Of a stretch of 64,000 nt of DNA, positions 1-13,339 are shown piece by piece. Numbering within the stretch: position 1 is the stretch's first letter; each line of letters opens with the position of its first letter. Under the pieces are notes generated by a model. The model did not search any database. It had not been told where the DNA came from and saw only the letters and a program-made list of their open reading frames with translations. Position numbers and translations under genes: made by a program. This stretch comes from Octopus sinensis (lineage: Eukaryota), in contig NC_043023.1 in assembly GCF_006345805.1 (NCBI RefSeq), positions 1 to 64,000 on the forward strand, given 5' to 3'.

Positions 1-299
1 TGTATCAACATGACGACTTTCCATTAACCTGCTACAAATGCCAGCCAAATTTCCACCAAAGCACATAATGATGTATTTGATAATGTAACACTAGATGAAT
101 ATTGTATGAAATAAGTTTTAGATGGTTTGAATTCAGACGTTTTAGCATTGTTTCCTCCTTTCATTCCTGAACTTGCATCAAAAACCCCAAAATTCAAAGA
201 GATAATTTCATTAGCCAAAAATATGTTTACACAATGCCATTAAGAAAATGAAACCATTGCAGTAACACTATTATTGATTTCATAGTGTTATAGCGACAC

Positions 300-660
300 A
301 TGAGTTCTCTGTGTGGTTAAAAAGCTTAATTTACAATCACGCGCTTTCAGGTTCAAACTCCATGCACAACACCTTGGTCAAATTTTTTCTATTTCCTCAG
401 TTCGTCGGCGAATTTGGTAGACAGAAACTCGTCGTATGTGTGTATGTGTGTATGTGTGTGTGTGTGTGTGTATGTTTGTCTCCAACACCACCACTTGACA
501 ATCGGCGTTGGTGTGTTTATGTCCCTGTAATTTAACGGTTCAGGAAAACAGAGCAGTTCAGAAAATAAGTACAAGGTTTAAAAAAAAGAAGTCCTGGAGT
601 TGATTCGGTCGCAATCTAATGACTGAAACAAATATAAGGTAAAAGATAAAAGATATAAGA
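300..660 (+). mobile_element. Degraded tRNA-headed SINE, family A
   Basis: Diverged match to the better copies at 34622 and 46570 (gtgtggt...accttggtcaa...atttggtagacagaaact...internal (TG)n...gactgaaacaa). Confidence 0.75.
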
Positions 661-1180
661 ACGTGTTTCCTTTATGAGTTGTTTCTTATTCGCTGAAGAG
701 CTCCGGAAATATACAATTGGAGTCTTCATGGGCATAGGAGCAACAAATTGACTCACTCCCGACCATCGATAGAAAAGTGAGGTGACTGAGGTCTCTCCTG
801 GTGAAAGCAGATCTATAACATAGCTAGGAGTGCGTCCTAGTCATAATAACTTCTCTTCAGAGCTAGAAAATATTTTTCAGCAACTAAGAATTGCTAACAC
901 TAGGGAAACTTCACAAAAGTACTGTTCTATATTCAGCGTGATTGATTCTATGATTTCGTAATTGCGAAGTGAATTATCTATGAAGCACCCACGTAGGCTT
1001 ATACATTAATAAACTAATTTAGTTTCAATGCAGGGTCCTAATCTATAAAAGCGAACTGTCATTGTTCACTTACGGCCTGATGCAATATTCCTCAAAACAA
1101 GAGAATCGAATCTAAGTCGCTGGTACAAAGGCAGAAAATATGGAAAATATTATTAGCATTCGCGTCATCATTGTTTCCTA

Positions 1181-1220
<40 letters not shown>

Positions 1221-1500
1221 TGGCAGTTTGTATGTTTCACTTCTTAGAGCTCTCGATTATACTTCCTTCGGTTAATTCTGTAAGTGTGGAAAACAGCCTG
1301 ATGTCAAGGGTCTCCCAGGATATTATTCCACCTCACTCAACATCCAAGTATCAGTTTCAAAATCTTCCCTGTCCTCCATAAAGCAGTTTTGAGAGCATGT
1401 TCTGCCATTACGCCAATCCCAATTTCTCCAAGAAATTTCTCAAACCTGGGTGTTAATGCTTTACTAGGATCACGGTTACTTTCTTCATTGCCCACATTGT
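1181..1500 (-). mobile_element. 3' end of an R4/Dong-like (RLE) LINE with (TAG)n tail
   Basis: Minus strand reads approximately MWAMKKVTVILV..ALTPRFEKFLGEIGIGVMAEHALKTALWRTGKILKLIL, resembling the C-terminus of the element at 48973-50261. It is followed by a short UTR and (TAG)n at 1181-1220. Confidence 0.6.
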
Positions 1501-1509
1501 TCTGGGCTG

Positions 1510-2847
1510 AAGAAGTCAGATTTCTTTAGACGTTTGAAGATTTCCCTTGGGTCTTCTTTCTATTTAGTGCTAGGGGGGCGATTGTAACGCTATCTTGGAT
1601 GCCTATTTGGATGAAATGGGTATGGGCTAGCTAATAGCAGAGCTGGTGTAAAAGCATTACAAAATTTTCCAGACGCTTCTAACCGGCTGACAGGTACTGA
1701 CAAGATTTTCCGAATCCACCAATACGGACACTGTCAAATAGCATCGCGTCTTCTAGATGGTATCGAGATAGAGTAATTTGTAGGCCGGTAGATAGAAGTA
1801 GTGTTAGTTATGCACGAGTCAAACTCGTTTGCTACACAGAGTACAATTTGGGATCTGTAAGCGCCTCCATGTAGGGCATCGAATAAGGGAAGCTGAACGC
1901 TTCTTTCTCAGCGCGTCAAGCATTTATAGACCTGGTTAGCATGTTAGTCCATCGGAGGTTGTTGGGGGCAATCGTCGACAGCCGCAGATGGATCTCTTGA
2001 AAAGAGCTATTAGAGTAGATATGTAAGGGTTTAGTTAAGAAATAGCTTCAGAGGAATGAAGAATAGTGGGAACCTAGTTAAGAAGCTAGAAGAGACTCTA
2101 AGAAGAGGTACATCGACCGATGTGCTCTTGGCGAGATTGGCTTTTGATCAATTCTTCAATACCAAATACCAAGGTTGTGTTGTAAGAGCTAGGGCATATC
2201 TACAGGAGGAAATTAAGGCCGTTCGGTGGGACCTGGTGGCAGAAGAAATGCAACATGATTACAAAGCTACAATTTGGTCTTTAACGGGCGTGCTACCCGA
2301 ATCCAAGCAGATGTGTGCAGAATGTCAGCAACAGTTTGCCGAAATGTACGTAGCACACGTTGAGTCAGAGATGAGTGAGGTTTTCCCCTCCTACCTTAAG
2401 GCCTGCAGCACTTTTCGGTAGAGATGTTGAGTTCTGTGATATGCCGATAACAGCTGAAGACATACGGGGCGCGATGACCAGTTGAAAAAAGGAAAAGTCT
2501 TTGGAACAGGAAGCTTGCCCATTGGGTTTTATTTTCGTATGCTAGACATGGAAGGTGGTGTGCATCACAACTGGCAGAATAACGGGAGAAATCCTAGTGC
2601 TGTGAGCCATGATGTGGTGGTATTGTTGAGAAAGGACCCGATAAAGTGGGACCAATCAAGCAAATTTTCGCCCGTAACTCTGCTGAGCGCAGATTACAAG
2701 GTTTTTGCCAATGGGTTAGCCAAGAGTCTGAGGCACTTGTCGTCGATAAACTAGTTGGTGATGCGCAGCCATGCTCTATCCCAAATAGATCTATCTACAA
2801 CAACCTCCAAATGACGCGTTACATCATAGAGAGAGAGAGACAGACAC

Positions 2848-2879
<32 letters not shown>

Positions 2880-2965
2880 TAGCTAAGGAACCTGACGTGA
2901 GTGGGTCTCTGATCAATTTTGATTAATCAGAAGATTGATTTTGATAGGGCCGACGATCAATAACT
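1510..2965 (+). mobile_element. Decayed Tx1/L1-clade LINE ORF2 (APE end, linker, RT N-terminus)
   Basis: GDCNAILD-like APE motif near 1575; FSPVTLLSADYKVFANGLAK (RT 'RPISLLNxDYK'); QPCSIPNRSIYNNL; GSLINFD...FDR after a (GA)n interruption; many stops and frameshifts. Confidence 0.8.
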
Positions 2966-4105
2966 GCTGATTGTTGTCAGGCACTTTGTGGAAGATGTCT
3001 AGTTGGTTAAAGTGCCATCTATAGGTTATCCACGATGAGCCATACAAGAGTAAGAATGGCTGATTTATAGACGTGTACTTTGGTGTCATGTTTGATGCCC
3101 CTTTCATTCCATAGGCGGTGACGGAGTTTACCAAATCCGTTGGTTGCCTTTGCAAGATGGTTGACGATTTCATCACCAGGGGAAGCGCTCAAATTTATTT
3201 ACTACCAAGATATCTAAATGACTTCACCTAATTTAGGCTTTTCCAATCAATCTGTATAGGAGTGTGAGGAAAACTGTGAACCGGTGGCCTCTGCTTGGCA
3301 CATCGAATTTGTTTAGGAGTAGGGCAAGGTTGGTGGATCCCTTCCGTCTTTTTTATGCTGATAGTTAAACCAAGTGCTATATGTGCAGCAGAAAACCGGC
3401 CTAGAAGTTCGTGAGCTGCCTCTAAGGAGGTCGCTACTAATACAGCATCACCTGCCAAATGATACTGGTGCGTAGCAGCATTCTAGCTTTGAAACGGTGA
3501 TGATTAAATAGTCCACTACTTGTTCGAAACTTTGTATGTCATCAAAAGCATGAGGTGGAGTTCAACACGGTTTCGAAGTGATTTTTCCATAGCTTCAGAT
3601 TTGATATCAGATTTGTCTGTCAGCAGGGTCTTTATTCGATGAAACAATAGGGGTAACACTGTGCTCTTGAGGACCGTACACTTTACTGAGGCCACCATAA
3701 AATACTTTAGAATTCCTTCAGTCTGCAGCTTCTTGGAATTCAGTATCCTTAATAGAGACCAAGCCGCCTTCATATGTTTCAGAGCTTTTCTGGGCCTGAC
3801 CACTGCATTTCTTGCAGGCATTCTCTTTTCTGGATGAGCTATTATCATTTATCCATGTTTTGTGAGTGCTATGTAAGTTATCTACCAATTGTTGAACCCA
3901 TTCAAGAATCTCTACTTTGCATCACACAGAGCCTTCCAAGATGATTCTATGTCATCATTGATATCAATGGTTTTGAGTGCGGTGTCCAACTTGATAGAGG
4001 ACTCGGCCTGCATTTCAACGGTTTTCAAAGGCAGAACATTAAGCACTGATGACTTTTGTAGTCTTGTGTCTTTCAGCCTTACTACGGAGAAGAGAATGAT
4101 CAGAG
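2966..4105 (-). mobile_element. Decayed RTE-clade LINE, internally deleted
   Basis: AGDAVLVATSLEAAHELLGRFSAAHIALGLTISIKKTE (RTE 'ADD...GLTISIKKTE' region). The linker motif KTLLTDKSDI lies only ~170 bp upstream, implying most of the RT was lost. Confidence 0.75.
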
Positions 4106-4196
4106 AGTAGCATATGTATATATAATATATATGTTTCCTCTATTTACATAATATTGAGGTCTCTTTCTTTCTTTTGTTATCTTACCGTTTTATCAA

Positions 4197-4274
4197 TATA
4201 TACATTATATATATATACATATATATATATATATAATATATACATATATATGTATATATATATATATATATATA

Positions 4275-4343
<69 letters not shown>

Positions 4344-4508
4344 TGTCTCCGTAAACAATAACTCTCTACTTGAGTGGGCCATAGTGCCCAAATTCTGACT
4401 TGAAAGACTTCACCAGGTGGTGCTATTAAGTTAGACATGGCCTGGGCCAATAATGGCGGAAACCTATCAAAGTATCAAATTATACATATATATATATATA
4501 CATATATA

Positions 4509-4591
<83 letters not shown>

Positions 4592-4605
4592 AATATATAT
4601 ACATA

Positions 4606-4653
<48 letters not shown>

Positions 4654-4687
4654 TACATATATATATAATATATACATATATATATAC

Positions 4688-4720
<33 letters not shown>

Positions 4721-4730
4721 CATTATATAT

Positions 4731-4764
<34 letters not shown>

Positions 4765-4775
4765 CATATATATAC

Positions 4776-4809
<34 letters not shown>

Positions 4810-4836
4810 TATATGTATGTATGTATATATATATAT

Positions 4837-4868
<32 letters not shown>

Positions 4869-4881
4869 ATATGTATGTATG

Positions 4882-4930
<49 letters not shown>

Positions 4931-5069
4931 TACATATATATATATATACATATATATATATACATATATATAATATATATACATTATATATATATACATA
5001 TATATATATATACATATTATATATATATATAATATAATATATTATATATATATACATATATATATATAT

Positions 5070-5118
<49 letters not shown>

Positions 5119-5150
5119 ATATATATATAATATATATATATATTATATAT
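4197..5150. repeat. (TA)n microsatellite field with a ~130-bp non-TA island at 4346-4479
   Basis: Direct inspection. Confidence 0.95.
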
Positions 5151-5288
5151 AGAGGGCATAATTATACATACATGCCAGGAGGCATTATATATACTTGCCA
5201 AACGCTAAGAGGGACAATCAGTCATTTCTACCAAAAATATTACTAATCCACCGAATGCAATTTTTCAAAGTAAGACATTTAAAAATAT

Positions 5289-5336
5289 AGGCCTGTATCA
5301 CAGTGATTTCATACTTACGTAATCATCAGCAGGCCT
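5289..5336 (-). ncRNA. Type I hammerhead ribozyme (480-bp unit, copy 1)
   Basis: Minus strand: aggccug-CUGAUGA-u uac guaa gua u-GAAA-ucac u guga-UA-caggccu; 7-bp stem I, intact core, near-palindromic stem III. Confidence 0.85.
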
Positions 5337-5766
5337 GAATGTATTATAAATAAACAACGACCCTGCCTCGCTTAAGCCGAACAGCTAACTGATCAACATC
5401 AACGAAGCACATGGGTGAGTTTATATATTACATCCGGGTGAATGGCAAACTTTTACAAAATTGCATTTCGGGAGAGGAAAAGTTTTTTCGGAATAAAAAT
5501 TTTGCAATTAAGGACAACTACTTAATAAGGAAAACTTAACAAGAAATTGTCAGGTAGATAGCGTAAAAACCTCATAAGAGAAAAAATTTCGAAAATAATT
5601 ATTCTTATTGAACATATTAATTTATATATAGAGGGCATAATTATACATACATGCCAGGAGGCATTATATACTTGCCAAACGCTAAGAGGGACAATCAGTC
5701 ATTTCTACCAAAAATATTACTAATCCCACCGAATGCAATTTTTCAAAGTAAGACATTTAAAAATAT

Positions 5767-5814
5767 AGGCCTGTATCACAGTGATTTCATACTTACGTAA
5801 TCATCAGCAGGCCT
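5767..5814 (-). ncRNA. Type I hammerhead ribozyme (480-bp unit, copy 2)
   Basis: Identical motif to 5289-5336. Confidence 0.85.
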
Positions 5815-6272
5815 GAATGTATTATAAATAAACAACGACCCTGCCTCGCTTAAGCCGAACAGCTAACTGATCAACATCAACGAAGCACATGGGTGAGTTT
5901 ATATATATTACATCCGGGTGAATGGCAAACTTTTACAAAATTGCATTTCGGGAGAGGAAAAGTTTTTTCGGAATAAAAATTTTGCAATTAAGGACAACTA
6001 CTTAATAAGGAAAACTTAACAAGAAATTGTCAGGTAGATAGCGTAAAAACCTCATAAGAGAAAAAATTCGAAAATAATTATTTCTTATTGAACATATTAA
6101 TTTATATATAGAGGGCATAATTATACATACATGCCAGGAGGCATTATATACTTGCCAAACGCTAAGAGGGACAATCAGTCATTTCTACCAATGTGCTTCG
6201 TTGATGTTGATCAGTTAGCTGTTCGGCTGGGGGCTTAAGCGAGGCAGGGTCGTTGTTTATTATAATACATTC

Positions 6273-6320
6273 AGGCCTGCTGATGATTACGTAAGTATGA
6301 AATCACTGTGATACAGGCCT
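6273..6320 (+). ncRNA. Type I hammerhead ribozyme (480-bp unit, copy 3)
   Basis: aggcctg CTGATGA ttacgtaagtat GAAA tcactgtga TA caggcct read directly on +. Confidence 0.85.
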
Positions 6321-6752
6321 ATATTTTTAAATGTCTTACTTTGAAAAATTGCATTCGTGGGATTAGTAATATTTTTGGTAGAAATGACTGATTGTCCCTC
6401 TTAGCGTTGGCAAGTATATATAATGCCTCCTGGCATGTATGTATAATTATGCCCTCTATATATAAATTAATATGTTCAATAAGAAATAATTATTTTCGAA
6501 ATTTTTTCTCTTATGAGGTTTTTACGCTATCTACCTGACAATTTCTTGTTAAGTTTTCCTTATTAAGTAGTTGTCCTTAATTGCAAAATTTTTATTCCGA
6601 AAAAACTTTTCCTCTCCCGAAATGCAATTTTGTAAAAGTTTGCCATTCACCCGGATGTAATATATATAAACTCACCCATGTGCTTCGTGATGTTGATCAG
6701 TTAGCTGTTCGGCTTAAGCGAGGCAGGGTCGTTGTTTATTTATAATACATTC

Positions 6753-6799
6753 AGGCCTGTGATGATTACGTAAGTATGAAATCACTGTGATACAGGCCT
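6753..6799 (+). ncRNA. Hammerhead copy 4, lacking core C3
   Basis: aggcctg-TGATGA...; single-base deletion (real or a read error). Confidence 0.55.
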
Positions 6800-7553
6800 A
6801 TATTTTTAAATGTCTACTTTGAAAAATTGCATTCGGTGGGATTAGTAATATTTTTGGTAGAAATGACTGATTGTCCCTCTTAGCGTTTGGCAAGTATATA
6901 TAATGCCTCCTGGCATGTATGTATAATTATGCCCTCTATATATAAATTAATATGTTCAATAAGAAATAATTATTTTCGAAATTTTTTCTCTTATGAGGTT
7001 TTTACGCTATCTACCTGACAATTTTGTTAAGTTTTCCTTATTAAGTAGTTGTCCTTAATTGCAAAATTTTTATATATATAATTATATATATATATATATA
7101 TAATATATATATATATATGTATGTATGTATAATATATATATATATAATATATATACGTATACGTACATATATACATACGTACATATATGTATGTATGGCA
7201 GTTATCATTTTCGTACCTTCCGAAGTTTGTTGAAATATTTCCTTGTCACTCTTATTTTACTCAGAGAAACAACACATGCAATATGGTATGAAATCTTTGT
7301 AACGATCATCACTGGAGACAGGGGAAATAAACAAATCAATGATGTCCATATTCCTACTAATCGACAATCTTTCTTATTTGACTAATATGAACACTTATCC
7401 TGACAGTGCGATTATATCTTAAGGTCATCGACAGAAAACGTGAGGCCAATCTTAATATCCATCTGGTATTTATTATATCGGCCTATTTTACCGAACCGCT
7501 AAGCAGTTAGAGCGTAAAAAGGTAACACCAGTTGTCAAGAAGAGACGAATACC

Positions 7554-7789
7554 TATTTCTTTATTACCCACAAAGGGCTAAACATAGATGGGACAAACAA
7601 GGACAGACATAGGTATTAAGTCGATTCCATAGACCCCAGTGCGTAACTGGCAATTAATTTATCGACCCCGAAAGGATGAAAGGCAAAGTCAACCTCGGCG
7701 GAATTTGAACTCACAGCGTAACGACAGACGAAATACGGCAACGCATTTCGTCCGGCGTGCTAACGTTTCTGCCAGCTCGCCGCCTTCTA
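7554..7789 (-). mobile_element. tRNA-headed SINE, family B, with 14-bp TSD, nested in a degraded family A copy
   Basis: Head ggcggcgagctggcagaa...gagttcaaattcc; central gcctttcatcctttcggggtcgataaa; TSD aagagacgaatacc at 7540-7553 and 7790-7803. Confidence 0.85.
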
Positions 7790-8201
7790 AAGAGACGAAT
7801 ACCGATACACACACACATACACGCATGCACACACACACGCACACTCACACATACAACCACAGACACACCCACTCACACAACGACACACACACTCCGATTT
7901 CAGTTTCTGTGTATCAAATCCTTGTCACAGGTTTTGTAGCCACGCGGCCATAGAAGACACTTGTTTAAAGTACCCTGCATGCATACATACACACAAAGAC
8001 GCGCGCGCAAGCCCACGCTCATTTTAAAACGAAACATTGTAAGTAAATTACATATTTATATGCACAAACACTGATATATGTAACCCCATAATTCCATATA
8101 TTCCTATCCGAGTTGTTTTATAGGTTTCAATGTTCATAATTTTAAATCCAATTTGTACAATCCTATTTACTTATTGCTGCATATGTATACATACCATTAT
8201 A

Positions 8202-8256
<55 letters not shown>

Positions 8257-11074
8257 TCTCGTGAGTGAGAGTGAGAGAGTGTGAAAGTGAGGTGAAAATG
8301 TCTGCTTAAGCAAACACATACGTTTATGTGTATATACTTGTAACCAAACAGAATACAGAGGAAAATTAAATGATTGTTGCATAAGATTTTACATGTTGTA
8401 AGAACCTTGTAAGAATGTTTGAGACAATTATTATTTCTTTTCATGTTTCTCTAAATTGTTATTTAAGGTGGCATGAATATTACATGAATGGCTTTGCAAC
8501 GGCTTTCGGTTGACACTTGTAGTGATAAAAAAACAAATAAATTATATTTTGAAAATGTATGTTACGTAATCACATTGGAAAAGATCTCTTTGATCTATTG
8601 TACACAAGAAATTTATTTAGTATTTATAGTTTTCTCATACAAATAAGAACGGATGCATCTTTAGCTATTAATTTTCAAATGAAATTCTAACGTGTGAAAT
8701 GACTGTTCAAATATTTTTCATTTAGATATGATCAACAAGTGTATCCAATAAAATAGCTAATACTTGATTGAAAAATTTATAAGTTTTGCATAGAAGTTTA
8801 ACGAACACTAAATTTAGAAGTTTTGTGCTGCATGTGTTGTTTTTAATTACATTTGTATAATTCAATATTAATTCCAACGAGCAGGTTTCTAACGTTATAT
8901 ATCTTTAGAGTAAATAAGTGTCATTTAGAAACTGCTGTAAATTTAATTCATTATACACTCTCTATCCCCAGACTGGTCTTGTAACTACTGAAGAAATGAT
9001 AGCTATTAGAAGTTTAGGTTAATTCAAATCTCGCTACTATAGTGTCCATATATACAGAGTCGCTAGAGTGACAGACAAAATATCTAACGGTATTTGTTCC
9101 GACAAATTATGTTCTGAATTCAAATTTCGCCGAGGATGACTTAGCCGTTAAAATTGTCGGAGTCGATAAATTAAGTTATCCCTTTCTTCTATAATTGTTA
9201 AAATAGTTTGAGTTTTGGGGTCGATGTAATCCCCTATCGCGTTCCTCTAAACGTTTTGGCTCTGCCAAAACCTGAAACCATCATACAGCCTTTCTTGGAC
9301 ATATGTTATATTCTAAGTTAATTAATATACAATAAATTAACATTACATCGCGAATATTCTCTGAATTAATTATCCTTTAAGCGATATTAGTTTGTGACAA
9401 TAAGAAATTGATTATACTTGTTCTGTAATGTGAAATAATAGTTATCTCTCCTCAGGTTAACACTAATCAAACCAACCTATAACCACGTAGTTCAGCTGTG
9501 TGCATTCAGTTTGTTTAACTATATTATGTTTCCTTCGTCTCTTGACCAGCAACATGTAGTTGAGGGAGATTTGCATTCTATCTCAAGCAAGTGAACATAT
9601 AGAGAATCGCTCATTAAGCAATTATATTCAAAATAACTGTCACGTCACTACATCATATGACCACAATAATTTCTGACAAGTCTGATAAATATATGCGATA
9701 CATTGCTTGTATCTACTAAGATGTCTCTCTCGAGTATGTATGTAGAAGCCACATGCAAATTAAAACATAATGTAAAATGTTATATAAACTTTTCAGTATA
9801 AAGGAATAAAGAAGTATCTCCATTCTGTGAAGTTGTAGCTGAGTATCCATGTTTTCTGATTACAGGAAAAGAAGTAGGCAGCAGAAATGCGCAAGGTATT
9901 TTATACGATACTCTAGCTATGTATTAATGCACCTACCTAGTTATTACTAATGTTGATGCAGGCTTCGACGTTTGGTTAAATTCTTTTCTCAACCATATCG
10001 CTCGAGCTTCGGTCTCGATTCGCGGAAGTTTCCATTTATAGCCTCAACAGTTTTCATCTACTAAGTTCTATCTATACGATGAAATTTAGTAGAAAACTGA
10101 TGAATAATATCGAATTTAATTACTGCTCTAGGACAGAAGGAATTTTGGAGGAAAGCAATGGCAAATCACATCTGTATCGTACCAAGAAACCTTGCTAATG
10201 CTCCTTGAGATCACCAGAAGTAATATTTGACTTGATGATGCTAATTTAGTTAATATGTTGAGGTCGATTAAAGTGGTTATATTCCTCACCATCAACGATC
10301 GGTTTTGCACTCACATTAGAAATCAATAATTAATTAAGTTATTTGTAAGTGATAATGATTCATTTAGATTACTTTTCTTAACCAATGTTTTCACACGAAA
10401 ATGTATTAGATTGATTTGGCAGCTATAACTTACACGGGTAAGCCACAGTTTCTCTTGGCAAGATTTTAATATAGAATAGAGAATGTGGAGGAATGGAACT
10501 ACATTCTGTAAGATACTTATTTCGTTGCTTTGTCGAACAATTTACTTATCTAATTTATATTCAATACTGTATTTAATAAATAGACCTTCTGGATAAGGGA
10601 TTTCAGCTATATATTATTATCTCCTCACATAATGGGTTACACCCACGCCATAATTAATTGCCTTCATCATTCCTGGTTTCAATAAAATAAGTACCAGTAA
10701 TTACAGGTGTCATTTTCCTCAGTTTCTCAAAACATCTCTGACCCTATGCCTATGATAAAAATCAACATAAGAATATGCCCCAAAATGTATTACAGAAAAT
10801 ATGAAAGCGTCATACATTCGTGATTTTGTTCTAGTTAATCAATTAGATATATGTCGGAATATATTTTGATTTCTATATGTTACGATTATTCAATCGACTA
10901 AGCCTCATTTGATATCAGTGGCCCGGGAACGAAATTTGCATTGGAGGTAGAAACCTGGGCTCAATTTTTTTTACGATAAAAGTAGATGTTTTAATGTTAA
11001 TATTACTAGAAATACAGGTATAATAAGAATGTGTATTATTATGTTGGTTGGCTAACATGTTCATAGGCGAAGAA

Positions 11075-12285
11075 AGACTCTCTCATGGAATGTGACAAAA
11101 TTAAATTCATTTGTTAACATAATTCCTTTTATTGTCCACACAAATCAGTGTTGCAGTACTTGGATCGCATTGATCAAGAAGCTAACCTGTTGGTGAAAAA
11201 TGTCATCAACAGACAGGTAAGAAGTCATCATCACAGCGATGCTGGTATCCAGTCAGGTATTTTTTCATGTTGGGAAACAGACGAGAGTCAGATGGAACCA
11301 AATCACTAAAATAGAGAGGAGGTTGATCAACCAGTTGTAAGTCAATCACGCACTGCAGCCATTGAGACCAAGAACTTGTGTGTTGAAGCATTGTCCTAGT
11401 GAAAGAAGACTACCTTCATCAGTCTTTCTGGGCGTTTGGTTTTGATAATCTTTCTTAACAGCCTTAACAAGTTGGTATAGAACTCTCCATTGATGGTGTG
11501 AACATTTTGAAAATTGTCAATAAACACAATGACTTTTGCATCCCAAAAAACTGAGGCCATCACCTTCCCCACAGATGAAACGAACTTGCCTTCTTCGGAG
11601 CAGATGAAGAGAGTGTTTCTACTGCATGGATTGCCTCTTTGTTTCTCGTTCAAAGCCAATAACCCAACATGCATGCTAGGCTAGGAAACGTTCAAGGTTA
11701 GGACACAAGCTGAATCTGCCTTAAACAATGTCAGATATTCCCGTAATATGATCAGCCTGGTGCGCTTTTCATCAAGTGTTAGAAGACGTGGCACTCACGA
11801 AGCAGAAACCTTCGTAATGCTAATTTCATTCAGCAGAAAATTATCCACTCTTTCACAGGATATGCTAATAACGTTGATTATTTGCTTTATAGCCAACCGC
11901 CTGTCACCCATCACCATGTGGTGAACAAGATCAATGCTTCCCTCGGTGGTGGCAGCTACAGGACGTCCAGACCATGGGTATTCTCAAGACTCTCTCTTTC
12001 CCTGCTAAATTCAGCTGCCACTTTTGCACTGTTGATAAAGCTGGAGCGTCATCCCACTAATGTATCAACCATGTCAGCATGAATGTCTTTGAGAGCTAAA
12101 TTCTTTCTCTGCAAGTATTTGATTACGACACGATGCCAAATTTTGTCGATTTTCAAGAGAAGTTACTAACGGTAACATTTGAAGTTTCTCTGAATAAATA
12201 GATGTTAGTTAACGCGGAAAGAAATAGTGTAGTCATTAATAAAATGTCTTGAAATTACTGCACGTTACTTCATCACATACCGAAA
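11075..12285 (-). mobile_element. Decayed mariner (Tc1/mariner) transposon
   Basis: HRVVIKYL N-terminus; VPRLL motif; GKVMASVFWD...TINGEFY...FFH*DNA; PLYFSDLVPSDSRLFPNMKK (HPPYSPDLAPSD-like); multiple stops; ends approximate. Confidence 0.9.
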
Positions 12286-12288
12286 ATT

Positions 12289-13031
12289 CTAAATTTTCGG
12301 TATGTGGTGACGCAACTTGTGGCCAAACCCTTAATTATACTTATAATTATATAAAAAACTTTTTTGTACACGTTTTTTTTTACCGATAATGGTCTTTTTC
12401 CACACCGAAACTACTAGATAAAATTTATTAATTATTAAATTGATAATTCTTTGCCCTATATCTGTAATGATTATTTCACTCCCTGATAGCAAACTGCAGT
12501 TTTTTTCTGCGGTACTATCGTGTGACGCACATGGTAATCTTGGAGGGAAAATATCAAATTACTCGTCTATATAGGTTTGGAAATGTTGACTACCTTGTGA
12601 TATGTTTCGATGGTGCATGGTCGAAGATGCAAAGGGTAGGTTTAGCATTTTCAAATTTATAATTCTCGAAATATTATGACGATGAAGGAAATGACTTTTT
12701 ATAATTCTTATGCAGATACGCGTCCATAATTAATCGTAGACTGTTTGATTTCATTATTTTATCTTCTTTTTGCCTATGTGAGTTACAAATATTGTTGTCT
12801 GTGGAGTCATATTTGTAGTTAAAAGAATTAGCTGTCTTTGGCTGCTATTTCTAAATTTTCGGTATGTGGTGAAGCAACTTGTTGCTAAACCCTTAATCAT
12901 ATTTATAATTAAAAAAAAAAAAAAACTTTTTGTACAAGTTTTTACCGAGAATGGTTTTTTCCATGCCGAAACTACTTGGCAAAATTTATTAATTATTAAA
13001 TTAATACTTCTTTATCCTTTATCTGTAATGG

Positions 13032-13035
<4 letters not shown>
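12289..13035 (+). repeat. Diverged ~185-bp direct repeat (12289-12475 and 12851-13035; period ~560 bp)
   Basis: ctaaattttcggtatgtggtga...atctgtaatg occurs twice; the second copy runs into (TA)n. Confidence 0.85.
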
Positions 13036-13079
<44 letters not shown>

Positions 13080-13232
13080 TATATATATATTATATATATA
13101 TATATATATATCACAATCAAGGAACGGCCATAATAGGCCATTCACCCACTAGAAATAACAGCCAAAAGCTTTAACCGCAAAATAACATCAATTCCGTAAA
13201 CCAGGAGAAAATTAAAAAACATTTACCCTGTA

Positions 13233-13339
13233 ATTTCTTATACGATGCACCGTTTCGTCTACTGTTTAATGGTAAACTAACCTGATTAAATTAAATCAAG
13301 CCAATCTACCATAGGCCCTTAGATTCATCAGTAAGAAAT
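13233..13339 (-). ncRNA. Type I hammerhead ribozyme in the inverted 505-bp copy
   Basis: Reverse complement of atttctta CTGATGA atcta...tagac GAAA cggtgcatcg TA taagaaat. Confidence 0.85.

Larger units (their letters stand above)
5149..7072. repeat. ~480-bp tandem repeat with an orientation switch at ~6191 (about 2.2 copies one way, 1.8 copies the other); hammerhead-containing
   Basis: gagggcataattatacatac recurs at about 5152, 5630 and 6110; 6191-7072 is the reverse complement of the same unit; both ends abut (TA)n. Confidence 0.95.

Noticed and set aside
1-243. Coding-looking stretch on + (…VLDGLNSDVLALFPPFIPELASKTPKFKEIISLAKNMF…)
   Set aside because: In-frame stops, no recognisable family, truncated by the window edge
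691-730. CTGAAGA…GAAA motif
   Set aside because: No stems I or III
4154-5201. Many YI/IY-rich ORFs here and at 22200-22730, 28000-28900, 35237-35896, 37100-37940 and 46966-47700
   Set aside because: Translations of (TA)n/(CA)n microsatellites, not genes
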